Source: Ramazzottius varieornatus (lineage: Eukaryota > Animalia > Tardigrada). Taken from it: a stretch of 64,000 nt of DNA. Both the position numbers and the translations under genes were made by a program. Under the pieces are notes generated by a model. The model did not search any database. It saw only the letters and a program-made list of their open reading frames with translations, and was not told the DNA's origin. Positions 1 to 11,840 of the stretch are shown here, piece after piece. Every line of letters begins with the position of its first letter. The first letter of the stretch is position 1. The DNA lies in contig BDGG01000003.1 in NCBI GenBank assembly GCA_001949185.1, forward strand, positions 3,021,158-3,085,157, given 5' to 3'.

Positions 1-676
1 GAATTAATTATGCAAAGAAGCTGGGATCACTGGCCGGCAGAAACAGCCATTTGGGCCGGACAATTGCCGTATCAGCGCCACGTTTACTCATTGAAAGGTG
101 CAAAGAATGGCACCTGCGTATACTACGCTGGCAGGAGGACGGGAAAAAAGTGAACGACCTCACATCTGTATTATACCTGAAACGCTGATGAACGGTTGAC
201 TTTATCGTCGGCGAACGTCTTCCCATTGTCTCCTGCAACCTGCAACTTACGTAAGGCCGGACGAAGTGGCCGACCACATGTGCATTCATCCATTCTTCTT
301 CCATCGGTTGGATGGTGCTCGTCTGCCACCTTCGGCAGGTTAAATGACCTTCCAAATAAACTGTGATGATCCAACATGATGCAATGGATCACAAAAAATG
401 CGTTGTTTTCTATCAACAAGTACCTTGCGGAGCCATGAAGGGCTTGTTGCCAAAAAAGACAGCCTACCCGATAAAGTCGCGCGGTTTCCGCCGACTTCGC
501 TGCTACAGTTGGCAACCTGCACAAAAAGTCAAAGATGAGAACTTATATCTGTAAAGATCCAGAGTATAAAACAAAAAGTGGGCTAGCTGAACAGTAGAAA
601 GTAGCAGAAGCAGTACCTCACTATTGTCCGAAGCTGATTTCTGGTTCGTGGAAGACTTTCTTCTGGCCTACCCGAT

Positions 677-1155
677 ATGTTTGCATGTGGCTTTCTGACA
701 CCCAGAAGAGGGGGCAGCCTTACGTACCATCTTTTCTTCTGCTTCTTCATTCTTCTTTCTCCACCGGCCGTCAATGGTTTCGGTGTGACTTTCTTGCCCG
801 GAGTTATCAAAGTCGTGTGTGGAACTCCGACGGAATCCGTGATTGGCAACTTGACGGTAAATCTGCATAACATAACATGATACACCCAGACACGGTAGTA
901 TTAAGGCATCATTGTACAGTATTTGATTCCTTACAGGTTCGTAAAGTATTTTGGCCGGTATCATGGGTCCCGACGTACTTGGGAGGCGATCCAGACGATC
1001 CAACCACTTACTTCACCATCGACGAGTCCACCGGCGCCATATCCAGGAACAAGCTATACCCGCCAACCTTCACGCAACAGATCTATAAAATCGACGGGTT
1101 GGACGCTTCGGGTTCCTCCAACCTCGTCTCTGCCTACATAACTGTAAGAAAATAA
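677..1155 (+). CDS. Small secreted protein with a single cadherin-like beta-sandwich domain (about 132 aa; exons 677-856, 937-1155)
   Basis: Hydrophobic signal peptide (HLFFCFFILLSPPAVNG). A phase-0 GT..AG intron (857-936) joins two ORFs. GTPTESVIGNLT and YFTIDESTGAISRNKL resemble cadherin-repeat consensus segments. Confidence 0.6.
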
Positions 1156-1598
1156 CGGTAATCGCTTCCCCAGTCTACCGAAAATACCATCAAACTTGTT
1201 AGAAGATTGGACTGGGGCAATCGAGCTAAGCCAGATCGTTTTCCCACGTGGCGCACTTCATCAACCACCAACAATAAGGACGTGCGCCACTTGTGTCAAC
1301 GATCTGCCTAAACTCATTTGCCCGCATCTCAGTCGTCTTTTTGAATCTTCAGTTTATCTGGCCACAATGCGGAAGTTGAGCGAAGAAGACTGACTTCCTC
1401 CGGGAAACGTTTAACGGTTCATCACGGATTGCGCAAGAACGAAACAAAAGTTCAAAAAGAGATCTGAAAGACTTCAAAACGATAACGATTGGCTGTTACT
1501 AAACTACTGTCAAAAAGGAAAATGTTACTCAACATATAAATACAGTACTGATTTCGAACAACGAAGACTTTCATAAAAGGATTCTTCCACTTATCTTT

Positions 1599-4500
1599 CT
1601 AATCGATAAGCCCGAGTTGTTTCATCAGCGCCACCCGTTGTTTCTCCAGTTCATCTTCCGTCAACGCTTCGGCCAGTTGTTCTGCTTGCTTCTCCACGGT
1701 TTTCTCCACCGTTTTCCTCTTTGAAGGACCACCGTTCTCCCTCCGCTCCTTCTTGGAATGTTTGTCCGACTTGCGATCGTCCTTTCTCTTGGACGAGTCC
1801 TTCGAGACGTCGGGAGACCGATGATGCCTCTTCTTCTTCTTTGGACACTTCTTCGTGGTCTCAGGCTCTTCGTCGGATACAGGGGAACTTGGCGAAGCCG
1901 CTCGCTTCTTCGAAGAGGTCATCTCTACAGGGATAGGCTTTGAGGGTGACTTGTTCTTTGAAGAGCTAGATCTGGACTTGCTGGTATCGTTGTTCTTTTC
2001 TTTCTCCTTCTTGTCACTCCTCGGTTCCTTCTCTGTCTTGTCTAATTTCTCCCTCTTTTCGGAATCTTTCTTACTAGTCTTCTTTTTGGGCGACTTGGAA
2101 GATTCCTTCTCTTTGCCGTTGAGCTTGCTCAAGTACGCGTGGAAGAAGCGTATCCTATCTTCTTCGTCGCGGACCGCGAGGTACGCATTCTTTGAGGCAA
2201 AGTTATCCTGAAAAATTAAAGTTGCATTGGATGATCAAGCAAAACATCAGAAGACTCGGCAAACAAGCTCGACAAGATAGTTTTTTCAAGTGGCGCAGCT
2301 TCCAGCCAGTAATACTGAAAACATGCGCCACTTGGGAAATCAATCTTGTCGAGTATGTCTGCCGAGCTTCCGAATCGCTTTGGCGAGAAAACAGTGATAA
2401 GAACAGACAATTAGCTCGTGCTTGATTCAATATACCAGAATATTAAGTTGACATACCTTCACTGAGAGCCATTTGTCGTTGGGCGAGAAGGCAATCTTGG
2501 AGTCTTTGAGCATGGCAGAGAAGTTATCTTCCAGGGCTTTCTTCTTCTTCGTTTCTCTCTCCTGGGCTTTCTTGACTTCGTCCTCGCGACCCTTGTCCTC
2601 CTGGATGGCGGTTGCTCGTAACGAGTCATACGCCATTTTGATGTTACCTTTATCAATCGCGGCGCCGCGGTCGTCTTTCTGTATTACTCGGATGAAGTCG
2701 ACGAACTCGGTAGCTGGTCGGACAACATGCTGTTGTTCTTTCAGGATACTGACGATCGTGTCGAGATCATCTTGGTACCGGTTCTGCAGATCCTTCACGA
2801 ACAGCTTGAACAGGTCCAAGGCGTTCGACCCATTTTGCTCCTACAAACGACAGGGCAAATTCAACAATAGAGAAAAGCGGCGTTTGTCATACACCTACAT
2901 ACATTCACACCATCCTAAATGCAAGGCTATGCGTACGCAGGTGCATGAGAATCAGTTTTAGGCAATCGTGAGTGACACTTACTAGCAAATTCAGGAAGCA
3001 AACGTCGTTTCTCATTTGCGGAAACACCGTCTTCCATTTCGACAAGCAATTAATATCTCCCTGTTTCCTCAGCTCATCCAGCATCACCAGGTACATCTCC
3101 CTATTCTTTCGATGAGCTCTTTTCCTCTGTCGTTTCTCCACCTTGACTTCCTCTTCGTGCTCCTTCTCCAGCTTCACAATGTGGTCTTTAAAGACTCTCA
3201 GCGCATCAAGCTTGCTAATCTTCTTGATTATCGGATCGCTCATGAAGACTTCAGACTCAGCCAGCAGCTTCTGGCACTCCCCCCATGTTGTGCGGTATGT
3301 AATGTCAGGGACGTTGTACAGGATGTCAACCAGCTTGTCCATGTTGGTCTCACGATCTTTCTCGGCTTGCTCGCGATCACGCTTCTCCAGAACGACCATA
3401 ACATCCTCGTACAGATTCTCACGTTCTCTTTCGGGAATGGCTCTCCAAATCTTGTCTGCGGAGAATATCTTGTCCGCTTCTTTGTAGGCAGTCTCAAAGG
3501 AGATGAGGTCCGTTGCGGCTAACATCTTTTCAAAGGCCTCTCGGGCTTTCTCTTGCCTTTTCCGTTGATCCTCCTTTTCCAGTTTCTGTGAACAAGAAAA
3601 TGACATCAAGTCAAAATCGTCCAGTGAGGAACTCGGAAAACATACAAAAACGAACATTATAATAAGAAAGAGCTCGCGCGACATCCACCTGAGTACATAA
3701 ATACTGCACCGAAAGAGCAATCAGGTGTATGCAGCTACATGAAAAAGCGTGCATTTTGCTCATTAATATTCGTACAGGAAACAACAGAATGTGCTCAAAG
3801 AAAAACGAAAGACGCTTAACGCCTCCAACGTTAGTTCAAAACACAAAAGAATTTTAACTTACCTGTTTGAGGATTTTGTAGTGGTTGAAAGTCTGTTTCC
3901 GGTCGGTGAACTTCTTCCATACGTCGAAACGTTTGTCCGACTGGATCAGCTTCACACAGTTCTCCCAGTTGACATTAGACGGGACATTTCTCTCCTCAAG
4001 GAACTTCCTAAATGCTTCCGCAGCCTCTTTCTTGTCTATCGCATTGATATCGGCCACCGAGAAGACGTCAAACTGCGGCTCTTCTATGATCTCAGGCTCC
4101 TCTTCTTTCTTCTGGTTCATCGCAAGATTAATCGTAATCTTCGACGGAGTGATATGCTCCACTTGCTGAGGAGTGATCGGCGCTCCCGACGACGGCGATT
4201 CAGACTGCATAGCACCATCATCTGTCACAGAAGAATCTTGGCCAACTTCAGCAGAATCCTCCAAGGCTTCATCGGCATGTCCATTTGTATTCTGCGTGAA
4301 TTCGAACTCTTCCACTAAACCACGTAACTCCGCCATGATCGGCGGAGAATCCCACTTTGTTTCGTCCGTGTCAGGATTGTGAAAGTAGACTCGTCCATCA
4401 TCGGTCGTGTATTCTTTCCAGGGGAGTTCGGCTAGGAGGCTTTCCACGAGAGTCTGTAATTCGACAGGCTTCTCCCAGGACGATGCTTGAGTCTTGGAGT

Positions 4501-4639
4501 TGTAATAGTAGATTTCGTCCTTCTCCGTCCGGTGTTCAGCCCAGTCGGAAACAGTAGACTTACGAAGCTCTGAAAGAGTCTTCAGGCGATTAATTAGAGC
4601 TGAACGATCAATCTCACCATTGACGATATAGGCAGCCAT
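1599..4639 (-). CDS. PRPF40A: Pre-mRNA processing factor 40 homolog (WW + FF domains), about 4 exons
   Basis: Two WW domains (WAEHRTEKDEIYYYNSKTQASSWEKP; WKEYTTDDGRVYFHNPDTDETKWDSP), several FF repeats (AAEAFRKFLEERNVPSNVNWENCVKLIQSDKRF) and a Lys/Ser/Arg-rich C-terminus ending ELEKQRVALMKQL. Confidence 0.93.
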
Positions 4640-5082
4640 GGTCAACACCGCTCATGCAACTCCCCACTTCCGGCGGATGAATGTGTTGTCCGGGTCATAC
4701 ACAGTCGGTAACAGAGAATCAAGTGTCAGACGAGCACACGAGCAGAAGAAGACACAAACTCTGGAAGAATCAGAATCGAAAATTCGGAATTCGGAAATCA
4801 AACGTTCGAAAACAGAGTTCCTAAACTTTCAGAACTCAGACCCAACTTGCTAATTTCCACCCGGGGTGACCTGCGGCATCTTCCCTCAGCCTCACGTCAC
4901 CAAAGGTTAACCTTTTTCAGTTTTTTGCGCCTTTACCTGCCGCTCGGGTAGTAGCTTGTCCCCAAGATCGTCGGAAGGATCCGCGAGAGACAACACTTTC
5001 GCGAAGGGGTAAAATTAGGAGCGGACGCAAGAGGGAAGTGCGCAGCACAGCAGAAAGAGTTGGACGACTGGACATCCTCGCC

Positions 5083-5942
5083 ATGCAAGCAGGTTCGTAC
5101 GTCCTTCCTTCCTTCCGGCAAGGCGAATACGGTCCTGCGCTGGATAATGCATATGTACTTATCATAGGGGGAGAGTTCGATCCAAACTTTGACCGGAAAG
5201 TGCGCAAAGGTAAACGACAAGACGATTCGGAGAACATGCTAGCTTGCCAGTTTCGATTGTCGTGTCTGCATTTTCACGGAATTTTTGGTCCATTTCTATA
5301 ATTATATAGTTTGTGCTTTGTAGTGGCTGAGAAGTTGTCCGATAATGTCCATGGTATCTTGAACGAGCCATCGCTGGGGATGTACAGGATACACGAGCAT
5401 GTGCGGAAGTCCATGCCAGTCCTTGTTCAGAAGAAGGTATGTTGGTTTGGTTGTTTGGTTAAAATCACCGAGTAGACTGGCTGTGTAAGCTTACCAGAAG
5501 TGCTGTCTGCTATCGCACAAAGGAATTAATGCTATGGTTTGCAGATGGAAACCTCTCAGCAAATCCAGCAGCTACAAGGTGCCTGCTACGACATGGAGCA
5601 GACGCTAAACGGTGCTCGCTGTGTAATGAACAGCAAGAAACACTTCGCCGCAGTTCATGATCTTCTGAAGAACTCCATATTCCTCGCTCAGCACATTCAG
5701 TACGAGCGCACCCGCAGGTATTGGTTCACTGCCAATAGAGACCTGTTAGATTTTCATACATTCCGGTTTGCAGTCTGAATGTCGACCTGCAAACCCGAAG
5801 GGACAGGCATACGCAAGGTCGGACAGGAGTTCCTTCGTCCATTTCCGTGGACATACCGGATGAATCTAGACGGTCCAGCTCCCTGTCACGCATCAAGCAA
5901 AGCCGAACTACGAACAGCCTACGGACGGATGCGATGCCATAA
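5083..5942 (+). CDS. BORCS8: BLOC-1-related complex subunit 8 (MEF2BNB family), about 5 short exons
   Basis: The spliced sequence KVAEKLSDNVHGILNEPSLGMYRIHEHVRKSMPVLVQKK...LQGACYDMEQTL...LLKNSIFL matches the BORCS8 NEPSxxLYRxQEHVRxS signature. Divergently transcribed from PRP40. Confidence 0.85.
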
Positions 5943-6718
5943 AACTCCTCGAAATGGTAAAGGTCTCTTCAGAGTTCAAGTTTTTTGTGTGGCTTTTCAC
6001 CGATGGTTTAAAATCCTGAACGTGGAACGTGGCTCGAAGTGACAATGATCTCAGTCTACTGTACAAACGGTCTTGACGCTTTAGCTTTTCGATCAGTTCT
6101 GGTTTAATTGCATTCAGGAAAATTATTCTGTTTTGCGTCTTGCGTCAAGACTTCTGTAGTTAGTCTACGAAATCCGCGTAAAAGTTGATAACCACATCCT
6201 GTTGGCTTTAGGAAATTTTCTCGAAGCGGCACCGGTCGCGCGAGTCTTCTCGACCGTACGAGTACGTACAATTTTGACCGCTGTGGTGTTTACAGAGAAC
6301 AGGTAGTGAGGACATACATTGTTCTCGTCGTTGAGTCGCCGTTAACCATGATGTTTGGAAAAGAAACGAGTTTCGTCATTTGGTGGTGGTCCTGCCTACA
6401 GTGAGTCATTTATTTTCCTAGGTCTGCATGCTCCTTACCTGAACCGCTTTCAGGTGTTTTTTCTGTCAAGTTGTTGGTGTGCTTTCTCAAATAGGTTTGT
6501 TTGAACTTATCTTCCGTAGCGACAGTCAACATAGCTTCAAGTCGTTACTTTGTGCCCGAGTGACATTCTGGTCAGGAGTTTCTTCTCTCTTGTGAACCCT
6601 GTGGGTTTTCGTATACGAGTTTCTGAACCGGAAGTCCCCTATTGTCTATTCGGAGACCAACCGGGAACTTGGCATATCGCTCCCTGCTTATTTATTCGAG
6701 GAAGAGGCTTATGCAAAC

Positions 6719-8523
6719 ATGTGGAAACTAGTGTGTCATATCGTTTTGCTTCTTTTCTTTCTTTATCACGTGGAATCGGCTTCCATATCTGAACGCTCCA
6801 AACGAGCGGCTCCAGCAAGTAAGTCATTGTGCTCGGCGCTGTTTGCGTTATCTTCGAGAATTGATTTCTTTCTGATAGTTATCCCGTATTTCAGACTGGA
6901 GAGATCTCATTCCGCAAGATGCCATCGAGGCTCACACTCAGTCTCCTCTCAAGGCATCGGAGAACCTTTTCGAAGGCGATATCAAGGGCGTCGATAGAAC
7001 CGCTGCGGGAGGGTCCAAGGACGAGGTTTGTAGGAGCTGTTTTTACAAGTCAAAGACTGTCAAAATTTTTCATGTGGAGGATAATGATTCCGGTGTTACA
7101 GAATGGTTTAGCCGTACTTGCTCAAAATGCCGTAATGTCAAAAAGCCAACTTTGGCCTGGTGGAATAGTCCCCTACACCATTGGACCTGGATACAGTGAG
7201 TTCCTCGTCCTCCAACTCGACGATTACACTGGATGCACCTTTGTTTTCATTGCAGATTCGCAACAGAAGTCGGTTATCGAGGGTGCTCTACGAGACCTAA
7301 TGGCCAAGACCTGCGTCAAATTTGTTCCGCGGACTAATGAGCGCGATTACATAACCTATATAAACCGGAACTCCGGGTATGCCAGCACCACGTGCACGTC
7401 ACCTTTTCTTCGGGCTCTCGTACTGCGGTTACTGTATATCATCGTGCAAAATATAACAACGAATAAAATAACTATGTTTTTATTTTAGCTGCTCGTCCTA
7501 TGTGGCCCGAGTCGGTGGACAACAGGTAGGATTTACAAGGAGTGAACAGAGTGAAATGAAACTTTTCCTTGCCCGCAGAATAGCGCCTTCTTCATACTTC
7601 TTTTGTATCATTCTAGCTGATTGATCTTCAAGAAGGCTGCATCTATCAGTTCGGCGAGGTCCAACACGAAACAATGCACGCACTCGGCTTCTTCCATGAG
7701 CAGAGTCGCAAGGACCGAGATGACTTTGTGACTATAGTTTGGGATAACATTCAAAGAGGTGACAATGCCTGAAGAACCAGCCGATGAGCCTTGACCGACG
7801 TCATCTTCTTTCAAGCACTCGATCATAACGTTCTTCATTTTAGACAACTGGGATCAGTTCGAAAAGTACCAGTCTAACCTACTAGGTAAGCATCAGCGAC
7901 TTGTAATCTTGGTTGTTCCATATGAGAAAAAAAGCAGACCAAAGGGACCTCTGCAAATGATTCGCATCTGTTCGTTTTCCCTGGTGGCGCAGAACCTCAG
8001 TCAATAACACCGAACACATGCGCCACTTAAGATAAAAATCTGGTTGGATTCTTATACCGACGTCCCAAATGGTGCTTCGTGCGATCGGTACCCAATGAAC
8101 CCATTTTTTTATCATTTTTTAGGACTTCCTTACGACTATGATAGCATAATGCACTATGGCTGGAACTACTTCGCCAACGATCGGTCACAACCTACAATCG
8201 TGCCCAAGAAGAGAGCTAGTATCGGAAATCGAAAAGTGATGAGCTCTACCGATGTCCAGAAGATCAACATTTTGTACGAGTGCCCCGGTCCTCGAGCTCC
8301 ATCGCCTAGCTCTGGAAGCTCTTCCGGGTCTAGCGGTTCAAGAAGTCCCTCAGGCAGTTCCGGTAGCGGCCGTGTCTCCATCTGGGATCTTCTGTTAGGA
8401 AGAAGAGGTTCGTCCGGGAGTTCGAGTCTTGACCGCACTTCCTCTGAGACTATCACTTCGGCACCAAAGAGCCCCGCGAAAAGCGGTTTCCTGGGATTTT
8501 TGTCTGGCTTGCTCGGTGGTTAA
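6719..8523 (+). CDS. Astacin-family (M12A) zinc metalloprotease with a Ser/Gly-rich tail, multi-exon
   Basis: Signal peptide, prodomain FEGDI, mature NAV...[18 protein letters not shown], zinc motif [19 protein letters not shown] (about 7666-7722), Met-turn YDYDSIMHY and KINILYEC. Confidence 0.95.
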
Positions 8524-8933
8524 CTGAGACTATTTTCGCGTTTGTTGTAATGGTGAACCAAGTTTCACTTCATAGTTTCAGCCTGTTGCTGGTGACACCA
8601 AGTGCAGTGTCCGCGAGTAGGTGTTGCAGACTTCCACTTTTTTGAAATGAAAGAGCGCCCACAAATACAGTATCGCATAAATTTCGGAATGAACCGACGA
8701 TAGATAATTTCGAGAGAGTCGATGTATCGACAGAACCGGGAGAAACTCGAGGTTGTCTTCCACAAAAAATAACAAAATCGGCGGTAGCTCGTTCACCTAC
8801 TTAAAAATTAAGCGCCGTCTTCGCCATTACTACTGCTATCACGAATAGTGTGGTCTGCATTTAAAACTCTTGAGTACGGCATTGTTCATAATATCATGAA
8901 GCCTATAAAGCACCAGAGGATACGGCGCAGCAG

Positions 8934-10729
8934 CTATGAAGCCAGAACGTCTTTATTTTTCAAGCTAGATTCCATCGCCAATGCGTTTCCGGCATCGATG
9001 CTCTTGGCTCTCTCCGCGAACTGCCATGAGCTCAGCTCAGTCTTTCGAACCGTATCGATGTTCCCCTCGAACATCGCTGCTGAATTTGGCACATCGACAT
9101 CATTCTGGAGAAACGGCGCGGTGTCTCGAGAAATGGCTTTTTTCCAAAACGTGCTTTCGGCGACGGTACGATGTCCAGTTCCTACGTTCACGATCGAATC
9201 TAGACAGGACTCGACTTTCTCGCTGTCGAAGTTTAGGCCTTTACGCAGAATCACAGCTATGGTCTGGAGAGATTGATGGTGCTTGTCCAGCAAAGGGTTC
9301 TGCTGTTGGTCATTTCGAGTCGGGGTCTTGTCAACGGTCTGTCGAATGGCTTCTGGATCGAAGGGGAAGATACCTGTCTTGCGAAAACCCGCTTTTACGG
9401 ACTCAAAGTCGAACGAGAACTTGTGCGCTAAGGGAGTGCAGAGCAGGGCCATATGACCGGAGAACGTTCTACGGGAAATCTGAAAAGAAAAACTGCACAT
9501 CAGATTTGATCATTGGGAGAACTGAAATAATAGCAATCATCGTGGAGTACAGTACTGTACTTCAAAATCTGGGTCAACCCTCCGAAGGTTCTTGTAATGC
9601 GTCCAGTCCGATTTCACACCACTAAAGACACAGCAGTCCAGGGGTTGTAGATGATGCGTCTGACCTGACGGAAGACAAACTAACTGAATGTCTTTTTCGG
9701 ACTTTTCGCAGAGCGTGAAGAGTTGCACGTTCAAGACATGACTGTGGTGGCCGTCCATGAACACAATGTTCTACAAAATTAAAGAATCACAAGATACCGA
9801 TCTGAGTGGCATGGAGTAAATCAGGTCAGCGTTTGTTACCTTTTGAGCTGTCATATTGGGAATCACTTCTTTACGAAAGTAATCGGTGAGGACATCTGCA
9901 TCCATAGTACCACTATCGTTCACCGCAACATATAGCTTGTCATCCGTACCACGGTGCATACTTTCCAACTGGACTTTCCCATCATACAGTACAAGCGGTC
10001 TCAGCATTCTACCCGTAGCATCGCCGCAAAACAAGACTGTAACCTGATCCCTTGTGGTCCCTTCTGTGTGCGCTCTCGCCTGTTTTACCCCAACTTCAGT
10101 GTGCACTCTGTCTCGTTCGTAACCCAGTATTAATCCCGACTCATCCAAGTTGAAAATTCCTTCAGGCTCCGTCAGGTATCCGGCTGCATGGTGTTCAGAA
10201 AGGAGTGCGATGTATGCTTCAGCCTTCTCTTTGTCCCATTCACGTGCCTTCGTTCGGTCCACGTTGGAAGTAAGTCGCCGCGAAATTTCGGGGTGTTCTT
10301 TCAGAAATTTCCTGTGCCACCAATTGGTGAAGGACGGTTTCATACCTGGAGTACAGAGATTGTTGTACATCAAGATTTCAGATCAGATTCATCAAATTAT
10401 TTGTAAATGATTTTCAGATTCAAACCTTTTTCTAGGGCGAAATGTTGGAGATGATCACGAAGGTTATCTTTGTTGAGCGGCAGCCCCGTCTTTGCAAACT
10501 GGATTAGCACCTGCGCCAGTCCTTTCATCTCTTCTGGACTATACTTTGTACCACGGCCCATTTTCGAACGATGAGGATTGATGAGATAACGGTAAAGTGT
10601 CTTTCTTGGAATGTCGTATATCTCCGCCGCTGCGCTCCTTGACATTCCATCCTTAACAGAAGCTATCGCTAGCTCGAGCGACCTGTCATCATAGTCACGT
10701 ACTTTCTTGTTCTTTAGCACCAAAGACAT
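8934..10729 (-). mobile_element. pogo/Fot-like DDE_1 transposase gene with 3 introns (exons 10729-10426, 10345-9840, 9770-9561, 9479-8934; about 521 aa)
   Basis: N-terminal psq/CENP-B HTH (AAAEIYDIPRKTL; WWHRKFLKEHPEIS), catalytic motifs FNLDESG, FMDGHHSH and HLQPLD, then AGFRKTGIFPFD. Exon phases are consistent. Confidence 0.9.
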
Positions 10730-10924
10730 TTCTAATAAGGCTCGATAGCAAACTGACTGCACCGCAAAAGATTCGAGATGGAAGTTACGTGAAGAAGTGG
10801 AGGCTATCAATTGTTTACAGAAACAGCTGATGAAAACTTGAATGTTACGAGAAAGTTTTCGTTACGTCATAGGCTTTATTTTAATTACGAGTGTCTCATG
10901 CTTTTCTATGGATGCGCCGTCTGA

Positions 10925-11767
10925 GGCCGTGTTCATTTTTTCGACTGGGTCGTTGTGAGTGACGAGGTCGTTATGAAGAACAACGTGGACTTTGTGAACA
11001 CGCAGAAAAGCTACTTGGTGTGGTAGACGAATTATGAGCAACAATGTAGTGACTTGCTTGATTTTGATCAACTGGCGTTCGAAAATGAATTATTGACAAC
11101 TGGGTTAGCTACACCCTGACAGTCGTAATTTGAGAACTCGCACGGCGCGTTTGGTGGAAGTTCGAAGACTTCCCTCAGCTGTACTGTCTACATTATATGG
11201 AGAAGCCGCTGCGGGCGATAAAAACATTGGGAAGGTCTCAGGAGCTGCTGAGCGGTGAGAAGCCAGTTTTCGAGAACGACATAGTGAAGCAGCATGGGAA
11301 CTAATCCCTGCGGGATGAGTTGAGATGTACCTGTTCCACCCACGGTCCACCTCTCACTTTCCTCACACCAAACGAAGCCAGAAACTGTATTCTGACAGTG
11401 GAAAGTTTTCAGGGAGTAGCCAGTGATACAAAGAGAGTTTATGTTCGAGATGTCTGATGTCGCAGCCGGAAGCTGGGTTGAAAACTACTGGCCTCTTTTG
11501 GATAGTAGCTGTGGTAAGCGCTTTATAATGGGATTGGTTGGCTACGCTGGTTGCTGGCCCTGATGCGTTGACAAAGTCGACGTAGTTGACGATGAGGTTA
11601 GGTGAAACGTGGTTGAAATGACTCATCTCATAATTTTTCGACTTTGTGAACAATTTCTGGGTTGTTATGAGCTACCCACCTCTGGGTTGAAAATAATCAC
11701 TTCATGAACGCAGGTTCATCATAATCTTCACAACGACCTAGTAGCCTACCACTAAATGAACACGGCC
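10925..11767. mobile_element. Non-autonomous PIF/Harbinger-like element (843 bp)
   Basis: TIR GGCCGTGTTCATTT at both ends, 3-bp TSD TGA (10922-10924 and 11768-11770), inverted subterminal ACT(G/A)GGTCGTTGTGA and internal CTGGGTTGAAAA repeats. Confidence 0.8.
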
Positions 11768-11840
11768 TGAGACTACTGGGGTCACACATTTCCTCACTGG
11801 GTCACACATGCTTACTCCTCCTGGCACTGAAGATTCGGGA

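Noticed and set aside
1-560. Short overlapping ORFs with splice-like signals at the window start
   Set aside because: No recognisable domain and no consistent exon chain.
1855-4318. Long + strand ORFs opposite PRP40 (similar ones lie opposite the WD40, LRR and transposase genes)
   Set aside because: Antisense shadows of real coding exons.
6719-8523. Astacin as a Tolloid-like activator of the activin prodomain
   Set aside because: It lacks the CUB/EGF domains of Tolloid/BMP1, lies 28 kb away, and astacins are commonly numerous.
8565-8796. Cys-containing ORF (YCICG...HCTWCH) as a possible transposase C-terminal zinc finger
   Set aside because: No convincing splice path from the transposase, which has its own stop at 8934.
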